Assembly: GCA_026389415.1 (NCBI GenBank) | Contig: JAPLHX010000190.1 | Location: 1 to 38,673, forward strand | Reading direction: 5' to 3' | DNA: 38,673 nt | Source: Coprothermobacterota bacterium | GTDB lineage: Bacteria; Caldisericota; JANLFM01 | Part shown: one piece after another, positions 8,640-17,430 of the stretch | Layout: the number at the start of each line of letters is the position of its first letter | Numbering within the stretch: the stretch's first letter is position 1 | Translations under genes and position numbers: made by a program | Notes under the pieces: generated by a model | Told to the model about the DNA's origin: nothing | Databases searched by the model: none | The model's input: the letters and a program-made list of their open reading frames with translations, nothing else

Positions 8640-9434
8640 TTATAAGCGTAGAAAGAATGATAAGATATCAGCTAGGATCTCCGGCGCTTGATACATTAAT
8701 CCATGACCGCATTCCCCCACTTGCGCTAACCATGCACCTTGAATCTGCTGAACCATCAATAGCGAATTAATAGGAGGAGTCACTTGGTCTTCCGTTCCTG
8801 TCACCAGCAACGTGGGACAGCGGATAGCCGACAGTCGGTGAAAACATCCTCTCCATTGGTCATTAGCCTTGGCTTGTCGCTGGATGCTGGTTGGAGAAGG
8901 CCAATCATCAATCTGCGAAAAAGCCATCAAGTAGTTTGGATGTGCCTCAATCCATTTCGAAGGGAACATCATGCGGAAAAAACGTTCGCGTCTTTCCTTG
9001 ATGGTACCCCCGGTATCGTAAAGTGCATGAATTACATCCGGTGAAAATGTCGCTTCTTTCCCTCCGCAATCCGCAGCGTAAAGGATCAGTTTTCTAGTTC
9101 TCTCGGGCTGTGCCATGAACATCTCGACGGCAATATTACTACCCATTGACCACCCAAGCACATCCGTTCTTTCCACTTGGAGCGCATCCAGCAGATTTAG
9201 TGCATCTCGGGCAAATTGCTCCATGGAGAAATCTCCGGTCGGTCCGTTTGTACCACCCATGCCACGATTGTCGAAGAGGATGAGTTGACGGTGACGGGCT
9301 AAGCAACCCATCATGTGAGAATCCCAAAATGACATCGTGCCACCAAACCCGAGGATTAGGAGCAGAGGTTCTCCCTGACCCAGGATTTTGTAAGCGATTT
9401 CCAAATCTCCAGCTTTTATGCGCGCTTGGATCAC
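8640..9434 (-). CDS. alpha/beta hydrolase
   Basis: 264 aa with the oxyanion-region LLLILGFGG, nucleophile elbow VLGWSMGSNIA, and C-terminal GECGHGLMYQAP containing His. GTG start at 9434 follows GGAGG by 8 nt and lies 3 nt after the upstream stop. Confidence 0.75.
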   Translation of the reverse strand: MIQARIKAGDLEIAYKILGQGEPLLLILGFGGTMSFWDSHMMGCLARHRQLILFDNRGMGGTNGPTGDFSMEQFARDALNLLDALQVERTDVLGWSMGSNIAVEMFMAQPERTRKLILYAADCGGKEATFSPDVIHALYDTGGTIKERRERFFRMMFPSKWIEAHPNYLMAFSQIDDWPSPTSIQRQAKANDQWRGCFHRLSAIRCPTLLVTGTEDQVTPPINSLLMVQQIQGAWLAQVGECGHGLMYQAPEILADILSFFLRL

Positions 9435-9437
9435 CGT

Positions 9438-10565
9438 TTATACCTCCATTGTGGGAAACAGCCATGGAGCAGGTATTTCTAGTTCTTGGGCAAGCTTTTT
9501 CAATTCTGCGTGTACCTTGGCATGCAAAGGGATGCCGTTACGACTGCGCTGCAACCGGATTTCAGATTCCTTCTCTCCGGCCGTAAAAATCCGATCGCGA
9601 CCCGTGGCTTTGGGAGATCGACGCAATCGGTCAAGCAGATCGTCTAGATCCTGCGCAAATGCTACCGGATCCCGAAAACCATCAATGCGCAACGCGCCAA
9701 AAAAATGGCCAATTCCAGCTGGGAGGGGTTTGCCTTCAGCATCTCTGGGATAAACTAAATCAGAATAAGCAGCTCCAGCAAGCAGCGCACTTATGATTTC
9801 TACAGCTACTGCCAGTCCATATCCTTTATGACCGCTGGTCTCCTCTCCCTCTCCACCTAAAGGCAGCAGGCCTCCTCCGCAATATTGCTCACGATAGATA
9901 TTATGTAGAACCATACTCGGATTCACGGTAACTTGACCGAATTCATCTGTGGCCCAACCGCGAGGCATTTCTTTCCCCTGGCGATCGAAGACTTCCACCT
10001 TTCCAATGGGGACGGTACTCGTGGCCATGTCAAGGATAAAATTGCCTCGTTTCCCCCCGGGCACGGCCAGACTCAGTGGGTTGGTTCCCAACATGATTTT
10101 GCTACCAAAAGTAGGCACAACTAGCGTCAAGCTATTGGTGGCACTGAAGCCAATCATACCCTCATGGATCGCCAATGCAGAATAATATCCTGCGATGCCA
10201 TAATGATTGGAGTTCCGCACGGCAACCATTCCAACAAAATATTTTTTTGCCTTGGTAATGGCTAGTTTCATGGCCTTCACGGAAACTGGGGGGCCTAAAC
10301 CTCCTCCTCCATCAAGCGTAGCAGTCGTCGGAGTCTCCCAAATCTTTTGGATTTTTGGCTTTGCCACTACCCTACCGCTGGCCAGGTTATGGACGTAATA
10401 GCTCAAGCGGGCCACACCATGCGAATCGATTCCTTGAAGATCGGCTTCAACCAAAACATCGGCTGTCGTGGTCGCATCCCCCATGGAAACGCCGAGCGAA
10501 CACAATATCGCAATGCAGAAATCTCGCAACTTGTCCGGACTAACATGAAGCGGATGGTTGATCAT
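9438..10565 (-). CDS. Ldh_2 family (malate/L-lactate/sulfolactate/ureidoglycolate dehydrogenase type 2) NAD(P)-dependent oxidoreductase
   Basis: Family blocks GIDSHGVARLSYYV, VRNSNHYGIAGYY, PGGKRGNFILDMATSTVPIGKV and GHKGYGLAV. The start is uncertain. I chose ATG 10565 (MINHPLHVSPDKLRDF...); ATG 10604 and TTG 10610 are alternatives that would overlap the upstream gene. Confidence 0.75.
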   Translation of the reverse strand: MINHPLHVSPDKLRDFCIAILCSLGVSMGDATTTADVLVEADLQGIDSHGVARLSYYVHNLASGRVVAKPKIQKIWETPTTATLDGGGGLGPPVSVKAMKLAITKAKKYFVGMVAVRNSNHYGIAGYYSALAIHEGMIGFSATNSLTLVVPTFGSKIMLGTNPLSLAVPGGKRGNFILDMATSTVPIGKVEVFDRQGKEMPRGWATDEFGQVTVNPSMVLHNIYREQYCGGGLLPLGGEGEETSGHKGYGLAVAVEIISALLAGAAYSDLVYPRDAEGKPLPAGIGHFFGALRIDGFRDPVAFAQDLDDLLDRLRRSPKATGRDRIFTAGEKESEIRLQRSRNGIPLHAKVHAELKKLAQELEIPAPWLFPTMEV

Positions 10566-10572
10566 GTCCGTT

Positions 10573-11835
10573 TCACTGTTTTCGCAAAGCGGCTGAAAAG
10601 GCATGTCCAACCAAGCCTTCTAACTGAGCAAACCGTTCGGTCACAGGAGCTAAGATGGCCGCTCCTGCTGTCGTCATCCATTGATAGGTTACGATTTTGA
10701 TAAATGCTCCCACCCACAATCCTCCTTGCATGCGCGCGGTACGCATCGTCGGCAAAATATGATTGGAGCCTGAAGTATAGTCGCCAAACGCACGCGGTGC
10801 TTCGGCCCCGAGGAATAAGGAGCCATAATTGGTGAATTCGCGCCATGTGGAACGCCAATCCTTTGTATGCAGCTCCAAATGCTCTGGAGCGATTTCGTTG
10901 GCCAATTCTGTGGCCTCGGCGAGATTGGAAACTAGGTAGACCCATCCATTGTCTCGCCACGATCGCTGGGCAATCTCCGCCGTACTTAAATTTGGCAATT
11001 GGTGTGCCATTTCCTCTTCCACGCGTTGGATTAAGGTCGGAGACGTAGAGATCAAAATTGCTTTGGCCCGAGGATCATGTTCAGCGACTGCCCACAGATC
11101 GGCGGCGACCCAAACTGGATCGGCACTCTCATCGGCAACAATTAGCATCTCACTTGGGCCGGCAAGCATGTCAATTCCTACCTTCCCATACAGCTGACGC
11201 TTGGCTTCCGTCACATACACATTGCCTGGTCCCACAATCATATCCACAGGGGGGATGCTCTTGGTCCCATAGGCCATTGCGCCGATAGCCTGCACTCCGC
11301 CCACGCAGTAGATCTCATCGACTTCTGCAACCTGCATGGCCACCATCGAGTAGGGATTGACTTTGCCAGTGTACGGATCGGGTGGCGTACAGGCAATCAC
11401 CCGCTTAACCCCTGCGATTTTCGCTGGAATGGCACCCATCAATGCAGTCGAAGGGAGGGGATAACGCCCTCCTGGAATGTATAAACCTACTGCTGCCACT
11501 GGAATCAGCCGATGACCTACAGTCACTCCCGGTAAAATCTCCCCCTCTACTTCCACTAAGGCAGTTTTTTGTTTTTCAGCAAAAGCACGGATATTTCCAG
11601 CGGCGAATTCCAAATCCTGCTTCACTTGATCATCCACTTCTTTCCAGGCAGATTCTTTCTCTTCCACACTCACCATCGGTTGCGTTCTTTCGACTCGATC
11701 AAATTGCAACGTGTAGTCGTGAAGTGCTGGATCCCCTCGTTTTTGAACTTCCTGCAAGATCTTGCTGACAACATCTGATAGATCTGCCTGGATCTCGGGC
11801 AGGTTCTGGCCACTTTTAATGACCGTTCGGCTCAT
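10573..11835 (-). CDS. histidinol dehydrogenase (HisD) family 4-electron alcohol-to-acid dehydrogenase, paralogue outside a his operon
   Basis: 420 aa with HisD blocks: GGRYPLPSTALMGAIPAKIAGV, AGPSEMLIVADESADPVWVAADLWAVAEHD, IAPEHLELH, FGDYTSGSNHILPT and EGLVGHAFS. AAGGAG SD lies upstream of ATG 11835. Confidence 0.8.
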   Translation of the reverse strand: MSRTVIKSGQNLPEIQADLSDVVSKILQEVQKRGDPALHDYTLQFDRVERTQPMVSVEEKESAWKEVDDQVKQDLEFAAGNIRAFAEKQKTALVEVEGEILPGVTVGHRLIPVAAVGLYIPGGRYPLPSTALMGAIPAKIAGVKRVIACTPPDPYTGKVNPYSMVAMQVAEVDEIYCVGGVQAIGAMAYGTKSIPPVDMIVGPGNVYVTEAKRQLYGKVGIDMLAGPSEMLIVADESADPVWVAADLWAVAEHDPRAKAILISTSPTLIQRVEEEMAHQLPNLSTAEIAQRSWRDNGWVYLVSNLAEATELANEIAPEHLELHTKDWRSTWREFTNYGSLFLGAEAPRAFGDYTSGSNHILPTMRTARMQGGLWVGAFIKIVTYQWMTTAGAAILAPVTERFAQLEGLVGHAFSAALRKQ

Positions 11836-11944
11836 GGATACTCCTTTCTAGAGACTCTCTGCTTCATCGTGGAGATTTGCTCAATAAGTTAATATTATCA
11901 ATATAAAAACAATCCTTCTGCATTAAACAACGTAAGGAGCAAAT
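11836..11944. promoter_or_regulatory. AT-rich divergent control region between the HisD-like operon and the Fe-ADH/SDR pair
   Basis: The 109-nt spacer is much AT-richer than the flanks. It has TTGCTC followed 16-17 nt later by AT-rich -10-like hexamers (CAATAT/AATATA). It also has an inverted repeat ATATT-N3-AATAT at 11893-11905, which is a possible operator. Confidence 0.3.
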
Positions 11945-13117
11945 ATGAACTTCCAGGAAATGTTCGAGCATCATATCTTTTATATTCCAACGAAAATTCT
12001 GTTTGGTCTGGGAACAGCCAGCCGCGCGGGAGAGGTAGCAGCGAGTTATGGTGCACGAAAGGCACTACTGTTCACCGATCAAGGCTTAGTACGCGCTGGC
12101 GTTGTTGACGTTGTACTGAACAGTCTGCGACAAGCCGGTCTATCCGTGGCAGTATGGGATCGAGTGCTTGGCAATCCCACAGTCGAACTCTTTCTAGAAG
12201 CAGAGGATTTCTTAAGAGGAGCAGAAGCCGATCTTTTAATCGCAATCGGTGGAGGGAGCTCCATTGATATCGCCAAAATTGCAGGGATCCTCGATAGCAA
12301 CCCCCAACCATTGCTGACGTTGGAAGGATATGGAAAAGCTCAGAATCGCCGGCGACTGCCATTGATCGCCATCGAAACGGCAGCTGGTTCTGGAGCCGAA
12401 GTATCTGAATTTGCCATGATCCGTGATGTCCAACGTGGCCTCAAAGTTGGTGTGAATGGGCCCAACATGTTTCCAGATGTGGCTATTTGCGACCCATTGC
12501 TCACCCGATCCTTGCCACCGCGAGATACAGCAGAGATCGGCCTCGATGCCTTGAGCAATGCCATTGAATCCTACGTCACTCGCCGGGCATGGCCAGTCTC
12601 CGAAGCACTCTCACTGGAAGGAATGCGGTTGATTTTTGCCAATCTGCGGACGGCAGTCGTGTGCGGTGATAATCTGCCTGCCCGGGTGGGTATGATGGCG
12701 GGGAGTCTGTTGGCGGGGATGGCCATGGGTGTAGGTTTAGGGATTCCTCATGCATTGGCAGAATCCATTGGCGGTTTGTACGGTCAAAGTCATGGTTTGA
12801 CTGTAGCTCTCTCCCTTCCGGTTGGCCTCAAATTCTGCCTTCCAGCTTGCTTGGAAAAAATGGCACAAGTGGCGCAGGTTGCTGGAGAGAACACTGAAGG
12901 CCTTTCTGTCCAGGCGGCAGCAGAGAAAGCAATCCAAGCGATACAATTTTTAATAGCGGATCTGGCCATTCCCACCGCGCAAGAAGCTGGTTGCCAAGAG
13001 CTGGACATCCCGGTGATCTTAGAACGGGTTTTGCAACATGACTGTATCCATGAAAGCCCGCGCATTCCAACAGAATCGGATATCCGTCAGATGCTGGAGG
13101 AACTGTTTCAGTCCTAA
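11945..13117 (+). CDS. iron-containing (group III) alcohol dehydrogenase
   Basis: 390 aa with Fe-ADH blocks LIAIGGGSSIDIAKIAG, PLIAIETAAGSGAEVS, DPLLTRSLPP and GIPHALAESIGGLYGQSHG. TAAGGAG SD. Confidence 0.8.
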   Translation: MNFQEMFEHHIFYIPTKILFGLGTASRAGEVAASYGARKALLFTDQGLVRAGVVDVVLNSLRQAGLSVAVWDRVLGNPTVELFLEAEDFLRGAEADLLIAIGGGSSIDIAKIAGILDSNPQPLLTLEGYGKAQNRRRLPLIAIETAAGSGAEVSEFAMIRDVQRGLKVGVNGPNMFPDVAICDPLLTRSLPPRDTAEIGLDALSNAIESYVTRRAWPVSEALSLEGMRLIFANLRTAVVCGDNLPARVGMMAGSLLAGMAMGVGLGIPHALAESIGGLYGQSHGLTVALSLPVGLKFCLPACLEKMAQVAQVAGENTEGLSVQAAAEKAIQAIQFLIADLAIPTAQEAGCQELDIPVILERVLQHDCIHESPRIPTESDIRQMLEELFQS

Positions 13118-13139
13118 ATAAACCCAAGGAGGTATTTGT

Positions 13140-13922
13140 ATGCGCTTGCTAAACAAAGTTGCATTGATCACGGGGGCGGCACGTGGCATCGGCAAAGGTA
13201 TTGCTCTAGCGTATGCCCGGGAAGGGGCTGAGCTCTTTCTCACAGATATCTTGCCCGACACTTTGCGCCAAGCTGCCACAGAGATTCAACAGTATGCGCA
13301 AGAAAAAGTACGAACGGCAAAGATGGATGTGTCGAATAAAGTGGAAGTGAATGAAGTTGTTCAGCGCGCCATTGACGAATTCGGCCGCATCGACATTTTG
13401 GTTAACAATGCTGGTATCATTCGCATCAACTTGCTTGTGGAAAAACCAGAAGAAGAATGGGATTTGGTGCTCAATACGAATTTGAAGGGTCCTTTTTTGG
13501 TTTCCCAAGCAGTCGTACGGGAAATGCTACGGTTGGGTATCCGAGGCAAAATTGTCACCATCGCCTCCCTTAATTCGAAAGAAGGAGAGGCTTACACTTC
13601 AGACTATACTGCCTCCAAGCATGGCTTGTGGGGTTTGATGAAGAGCCTTGCGTATGAACTCGCCCCCTATCGTATAAACGTAAACTGCATTTGCCCCGGG
13701 TATGTAGACACTGACCTTCAACGAGGTTGCGAGATGCTGGAGGCAGATGCAAAGAATAAGCCCTGGCAGGAGATTCGAGACTATTATCTGGCCAAAATTC
13801 CGTTTGGTTACATGGCCACACCAGAGGAAATTGGAAAGGTCGCCGTTTTTTTGGCCTCATCCGAAGCGGATTACATGACAGGTCAAGCGGTGAATGTTTG
13901 TGGCGGCGCCATTATGCACTAG
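13140..13922 (+). CDS. short-chain dehydrogenase/reductase (classical SDR)
   Basis: 260 aa with TGAARGIGKG (cofactor motif), NNAG and YTASKHG (YxxxK). AAGGAGG SD. It is a paralogue of the SDR at 21287-22090. Confidence 0.85.
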   Translation: MRLLNKVALITGAARGIGKGIALAYAREGAELFLTDILPDTLRQAATEIQQYAQEKVRTAKMDVSNKVEVNEVVQRAIDEFGRIDILVNNAGIIRINLLVEKPEEEWDLVLNTNLKGPFLVSQAVVREMLRLGIRGKIVTIASLNSKEGEAYTSDYTASKHGLWGLMKSLAYELAPYRINVNCICPGYVDTDLQRGCEMLEADAKNKPWQEIRDYYLAKIPFGYMATPEEIGKVAVFLASSEADYMTGQAVNVCGGAIMH

Positions 13923-14910
13923 AGCGAATCGTGTCCAGAACAAGGGAGGGATCAACTACCCACGGACCCTCCTGATCCAGAACAAGAGTCCACTGTTGCT
14001 GCTGAGGTATCTCGATTTCTCTTTCCCCGTCCAATGCAATCGTTCCTTGTGAGAGGACTAAGGGAATGGATTTTTCCAGCGGCAGCAATTGCCAGCTTTG
14101 TACCTCGGCTTTTTCAATCAGGCCAGGCGCAATCGGTGCCTCCACATGCGTTCCATGGGGACCAAATAGAATGTCTAAGCCGAAAGGATCGGTCGCGCGA
14201 ACCGGATGCAAACGTGCACCAATGGAGGAAAGACCAAGACTGCATGATTCCGCGCGCGTTAGGAAGAGACGCTGAAGAGGTTTCAAGCACCAAATGGCTC
14301 GACTGGCGATGAACGATTGGGAGATGATGGCCACATCTACAAGGGCAATGTCCTTTTCTATACCATCCCTGGCAAGAACAATCCGTTTGGAGCGATGGGT
14401 CCAACGCGACTGCAGGCTGGGATTTTGAGAAAACCTGCCGCCTGCCAATCCGGCAATGGTCCCCTCGATCATGTAAGGAAATACATTATTCGTGCCGGTA
14501 GAAACAGGTAGGAGCGGCACCGAACCACAGCCCTTGGCCACTTGGCGGTTGGTACCGTCACCACCCAGCGTAATAATGCACCGAACACCAAGCTGCTTCA
14601 AGGCAAGCGCCGCTCGAAAGGAATCTTGTCCTTCAAATGACACATGCATGGAAAGAGGATGCACTTGGATCCGCAGGTAGTGTCTTTGTTGGATACTTGC
14701 CAGGGCCCTCGGTACAATCTGCTCGCGTTCCGGCAAAAACCAAACTGCTTCTATGCCTTCGGCTTCCAATCCGAGCAGGATGCGACGTACGATTCCGATC
14801 TTTTCGGTAGTACCAAACACTGTACCATAGGCCACCAGCCGCCGGATGTCCTTACCAGCAGCCGGATTAACGATGAAACCAACCTGGCCTACAGATTCAT
14901 TTCTACCTAT
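13912..14910 (-). CDS. acoX: AcoX-like ATP-NAD kinase/diacylglycerol kinase-fold protein
   Basis: GGDGT motif (IITLGGDGTNRQVAKG). The ORF track starts it at GTG 14835, but the conserved N-terminal strand VGFIVNPAAGKDIRRL is encoded in-frame upstream of that codon. I extend it to ATA 14910-14908, which lies 7 nt after GAAGGAG and overlaps the upstream stop as ATAG. The start codon is non-canonical and therefore uncertain. Confidence 0.6.
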   Translation of the reverse strand: MGRNESVGQVGFIVNPAAGKDIRRLVAYGTVFGTTEKIGIVRRILLGLEAEGIEAVWFLPEREQIVPRALASIQQRHYLRIQVHPLSMHVSFEGQDSFRAALALKQLGVRCIITLGGDGTNRQVAKGCGSVPLLPVSTGTNNVFPYMIEGTIAGLAGGRFSQNPSLQSRWTHRSKRIVLARDGIEKDIALVDVAIISQSFIASRAIWCLKPLQRLFLTRAESCSLGLSSIGARLHPVRATDPFGLDILFGPHGTHVEAPIAPGLIEKAEVQSWQLLPLEKSIPLVLSQGTIALDGEREIEIPQQQQWTLVLDQEGPWVVDPSLVLDTIRSSA

Positions 14911-15407
14911 GAATCAGCTCCTTCTGGATAGACCCGGTCAGGCTTTGGCTCAATATAACCCGGTTGTCGCTTGTAAATCTCAGCAATTAAACCTAAATCC
15001 TCTTGTGTCGAGAGATAGGTGAAGGTCTCATCGACCCAAGTTCCGCTTTGAAGTACCTGCAGCCCTTGGTTTTTAGCTAATTCCATTGTGCGGTCATAAT
15101 CCTTCACGGCAAAAGCTAGGTGATGCAGGCCTTCGCCATGCTCACGTAAGAATTCGGCATGGATGCTCCCGTCGTCCAAGGGCTGGATCAGTTCCAATTC
15201 AACTCCCCCCAGATCGGTAAGCGCAATGCGCATACGGTACGGTTGAAGTTGGTTATGCACGATCATTTTCTGAAGCTGATCCGGCCCCAGCTCATAAATA
15301 GCCCACGGTCCGATGCCATACTTATTGGTATACTGCTGCATTGAGGCTTCCAGGTTTGAAACCACCACTCCAACTTGCAGGATGCGCTGAAATAAAGGTT
15401 TGTCCAT
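14907..15407 (-). CDS. VOC (glyoxalase/bleomycin-resistance/dioxygenase fold) family protein, methylmalonyl-CoA-epimerase-like size
   Basis: 166 aa with ILQVGVVVSNLEASMQQY in the first beta-alpha-beta-beta-beta module and GEGLHHLAFAVKDYD in the second. GGGAGG SD. Confidence 0.65.
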   Translation of the reverse strand: MDKPLFQRILQVGVVVSNLEASMQQYTNKYGIGPWAIYELGPDQLQKMIVHNQLQPYRMRIALTDLGGVELELIQPLDDGSIHAEFLREHGEGLHHLAFAVKDYDRTMELAKNQGLQVLQSGTWVDETFTYLSTQEDLGLIAEIYKRQPGYIEPKPDRVYPEGADS

Positions 15408-15421
15408 AGCACCTCCCAGAT

Positions 15422-16393
15422 CTATAACAAGGAACGCATGGCTTCTGCGATTGTTAGTTCGTTTGGCAAAAACGCATCTTCCAGCACGGGACTGAACGGA
15501 ATGGGCGTGTCCGGTGCGGTCACTCGCTTGATGGGGGCATCCAGGCTGTCGAATGCCTCTTCGCCAACGGTGGCTGCAATTTCAGCGCCAAATCCATTCA
15601 TGCGAACCGCTTCGTGAACGATCACTAACCGCTTTGTCTTGCGAACTGAGCTAATGACCGTCTCCTGGTCCCAAGGTTTCAATGTTCGGAGATCAATCAC
15701 CTCCGTCGAAATTCCTTCTTGCGCTAGCTGGTTCGCAGCAGCGAGGGCTTTATGAACCATCCAACCCCATGAGACAAGGGTGATGTCGGTGCCCTCTCTT
15801 CTGATGGCCGCTTTGCCAAAAGGAACCAAGTATTCCTCCTCGGGAACTTCCCCTTTCCAACCATACAACTGGAAATGCTCAATGAAGATAATCGGGTTTC
15901 TGTTACATAGGGAACTCATCAATAAACCTTTGGCGTCGTAGGGAGTGGAAGGGAAGGCGACTTTCAGGCCGGGGATGTGTGTGAAGAAAGCTTCCAGCGA
16001 TTGAGAATGCTGAGCTGCGGCCCGGAATCCCGCTCCCTCGGGTACCCGGATCACTAGATTTAGTTCAATCTGTCCCCCAAACATGTAGTGCATCTTCGCG
16101 GCTTGATTGAGGATTTCATCCATACAAACCCCCATGAAATCCATCCACATAATCTCAATGCAGGGCCTCATGCCTGCGGCAGCCGCTCCCACAGCATGGC
16201 CGGCGATAGCCGTCTCCGTGATTGGTGTGTCTCGCACTCGTTCGGGACCGAACTCCGCAAGCAATCCTTGTGTCGCCAGAAAAGTGCCTCCAACGATCCC
16301 TACATCTTCCCCTGCTATGTAGATTCGCGGGTCGCGTCTCATTGCCTGCGCCAGCCCTTCGCTAATTGCTTTGGCATAGGTGATTGTTCGCAT
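15422..16393 (-). CDS. acoB: acetoin-dehydrogenase-type TPP-dependent E1 component, beta subunit
   Basis: ORF 15422-16468 trimmed to ATG 16393 (MRTITYAKAISEGLAQAMRRDPRIYIAGEDVG), preceded by AAGGAGAG and 13 nt after the E1-alpha stop. The GAGFRAAAQHSQSL block and C-terminal PIPFSPVLEDAFLP fit AcoB-type E1 beta. Confidence 0.75.
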   Translation of the reverse strand: MRTITYAKAISEGLAQAMRRDPRIYIAGEDVGIVGGTFLATQGLLAEFGPERVRDTPITETAIAGHAVGAAAAGMRPCIEIMWMDFMGVCMDEILNQAAKMHYMFGGQIELNLVIRVPEGAGFRAAAQHSQSLEAFFTHIPGLKVAFPSTPYDAKGLLMSSLCNRNPIIFIEHFQLYGWKGEVPEEEYLVPFGKAAIRREGTDITLVSWGWMVHKALAAANQLAQEGISTEVIDLRTLKPWDQETVISSVRKTKRLVIVHEAVRMNGFGAEIAATVGEEAFDSLDAPIKRVTAPDTPIPFSPVLEDAFLPNELTIAEAMRSLL

Positions 16394-16406
16394 AATTTCG
16401 CTCTCC

Positions 16407-17369
16407 TTATTCCGCGTATACATCCTGGTAGAGTTCATCCGGGGCCGGATCGGGGCTTTCTTCCGCAAACAGCACGGCTTGCCTCACCTCGTCTTGCCAA
16501 TTTCGATCAATAGCACGTAAGTCCTCGGTAGTAGCGATGCCACGCTCTATTAGCTGGGCCTCGAATCGAGGAATGGGGTCTTTCGCTAACCACAACTTAT
16601 GTTCCTCTTGGTCACGGTAGAGCTCTGGTTCGCCCTCAAAGTGCCCCCGGTGGCGCCAAGTATTGGCCACTAGCAAGCTGGCTCCGTTGCCGGTTCTTGC
16701 GCGCTTCACGGCCTCCCCCGCTGCTTCAAATACGGCCAGGACATCGTTTCCATCAACACTAACGCCGGGAATGCCGTATCCGGTTGCCCGTTCGGCAATG
16801 TCTTGAATGGCCATTGCCACGCGCTGGCATGAGGAAATCGCATAGTAGTTATTTTCGCAAACATAAACAACTGGAAGTTCCCAAGCAGAGGCCAAGTTCA
16901 AGGATTCATGAAAGGTTCCGCGGTTTGACGCACCGTCCCCAAAAAAGCAAACAGAAATAGCTCCTTCCCCTTTCAATTTGCAGGCTAAACCGGCTCCTGT
17001 GGCAATAGGGAGGCTGGCGCCAACAATGCCGTTAGCGCCCAAGATACCAATGGAAACGTCTGCGATATGCATCGAACCCCCCTTCCCCTTGCAGTATCCA
17101 GTTCGCTTGGCAAAAAGTTCAGCCATCATCCGATTGAGATTTCCTCCTTTGGCGATCAGATGGCCGTGACCACGATGCGTGCTGGCGATGTAATCAGAGG
17201 CGGACAAATGGGCGCAGACACCAGTAGCGATCGCCTCCTCCCCGGCATAGAGATGCACGAATCCAGGTATTAGAGAAGAAGCAAACAACTCCGCCGCTTC
17301 CATTTCAAAGGTCCGAATCTTCACCATTGTGCTGTAGAGACCCAGCAGCAGATCGCGATCCAACTCCAT
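16407..17369 (-). CDS. acoA: acetoin-dehydrogenase-type TPP-dependent E1 component, alpha subunit
   Basis: 320 aa with STHRGHGHLIAKG and GKGGSMHIAD, which I recognise as AcoA-type blocks. The TPP motif is FFGDGASNRG...YVCENNYYAIS. Confidence 0.75.
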   Translation of the reverse strand: MELDRDLLLGLYSTMVKIRTFEMEAAELFASSLIPGFVHLYAGEEAIATGVCAHLSASDYIASTHRGHGHLIAKGGNLNRMMAELFAKRTGYCKGKGGSMHIADVSIGILGANGIVGASLPIATGAGLACKLKGEGAISVCFFGDGASNRGTFHESLNLASAWELPVVYVCENNYYAISSCQRVAMAIQDIAERATGYGIPGVSVDGNDVLAVFEAAGEAVKRARTGNGASLLVANTWRHRGHFEGEPELYRDQEEHKLWLAKDPIPRFEAQLIERGIATTEDLRAIDRNWQDEVRQAVLFAEESPDPAPDELYQDVYAE

Positions 17370-17430
17370 TTAGCCAACCCCTTTCTGCATCATGAGCAAC
17401 TCAGATGGCTCAGCCATTCTCACCATGTAA

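Noticed and set aside
4772-11835. IGPD-like plus HisD-like genes read as a histidine biosynthesis cluster
   Set aside because: The two genes are 5 kb apart and separated by unrelated genes on both strands. No hisG, C, A, F, H, I or E is present. Both show substitutions at expected metal-ligand positions. I treat them as paralogues recruited to other chemistry.
17370-17430. ATGGCT-C-AGCCAT palindrome in the E2/E1-alpha spacer as a terminator or operator
   Set aside because: The 6-bp arms have a 1-nt centre, so they cannot form a stable hairpin, and there is no U-tract. It is too short to distinguish from chance.
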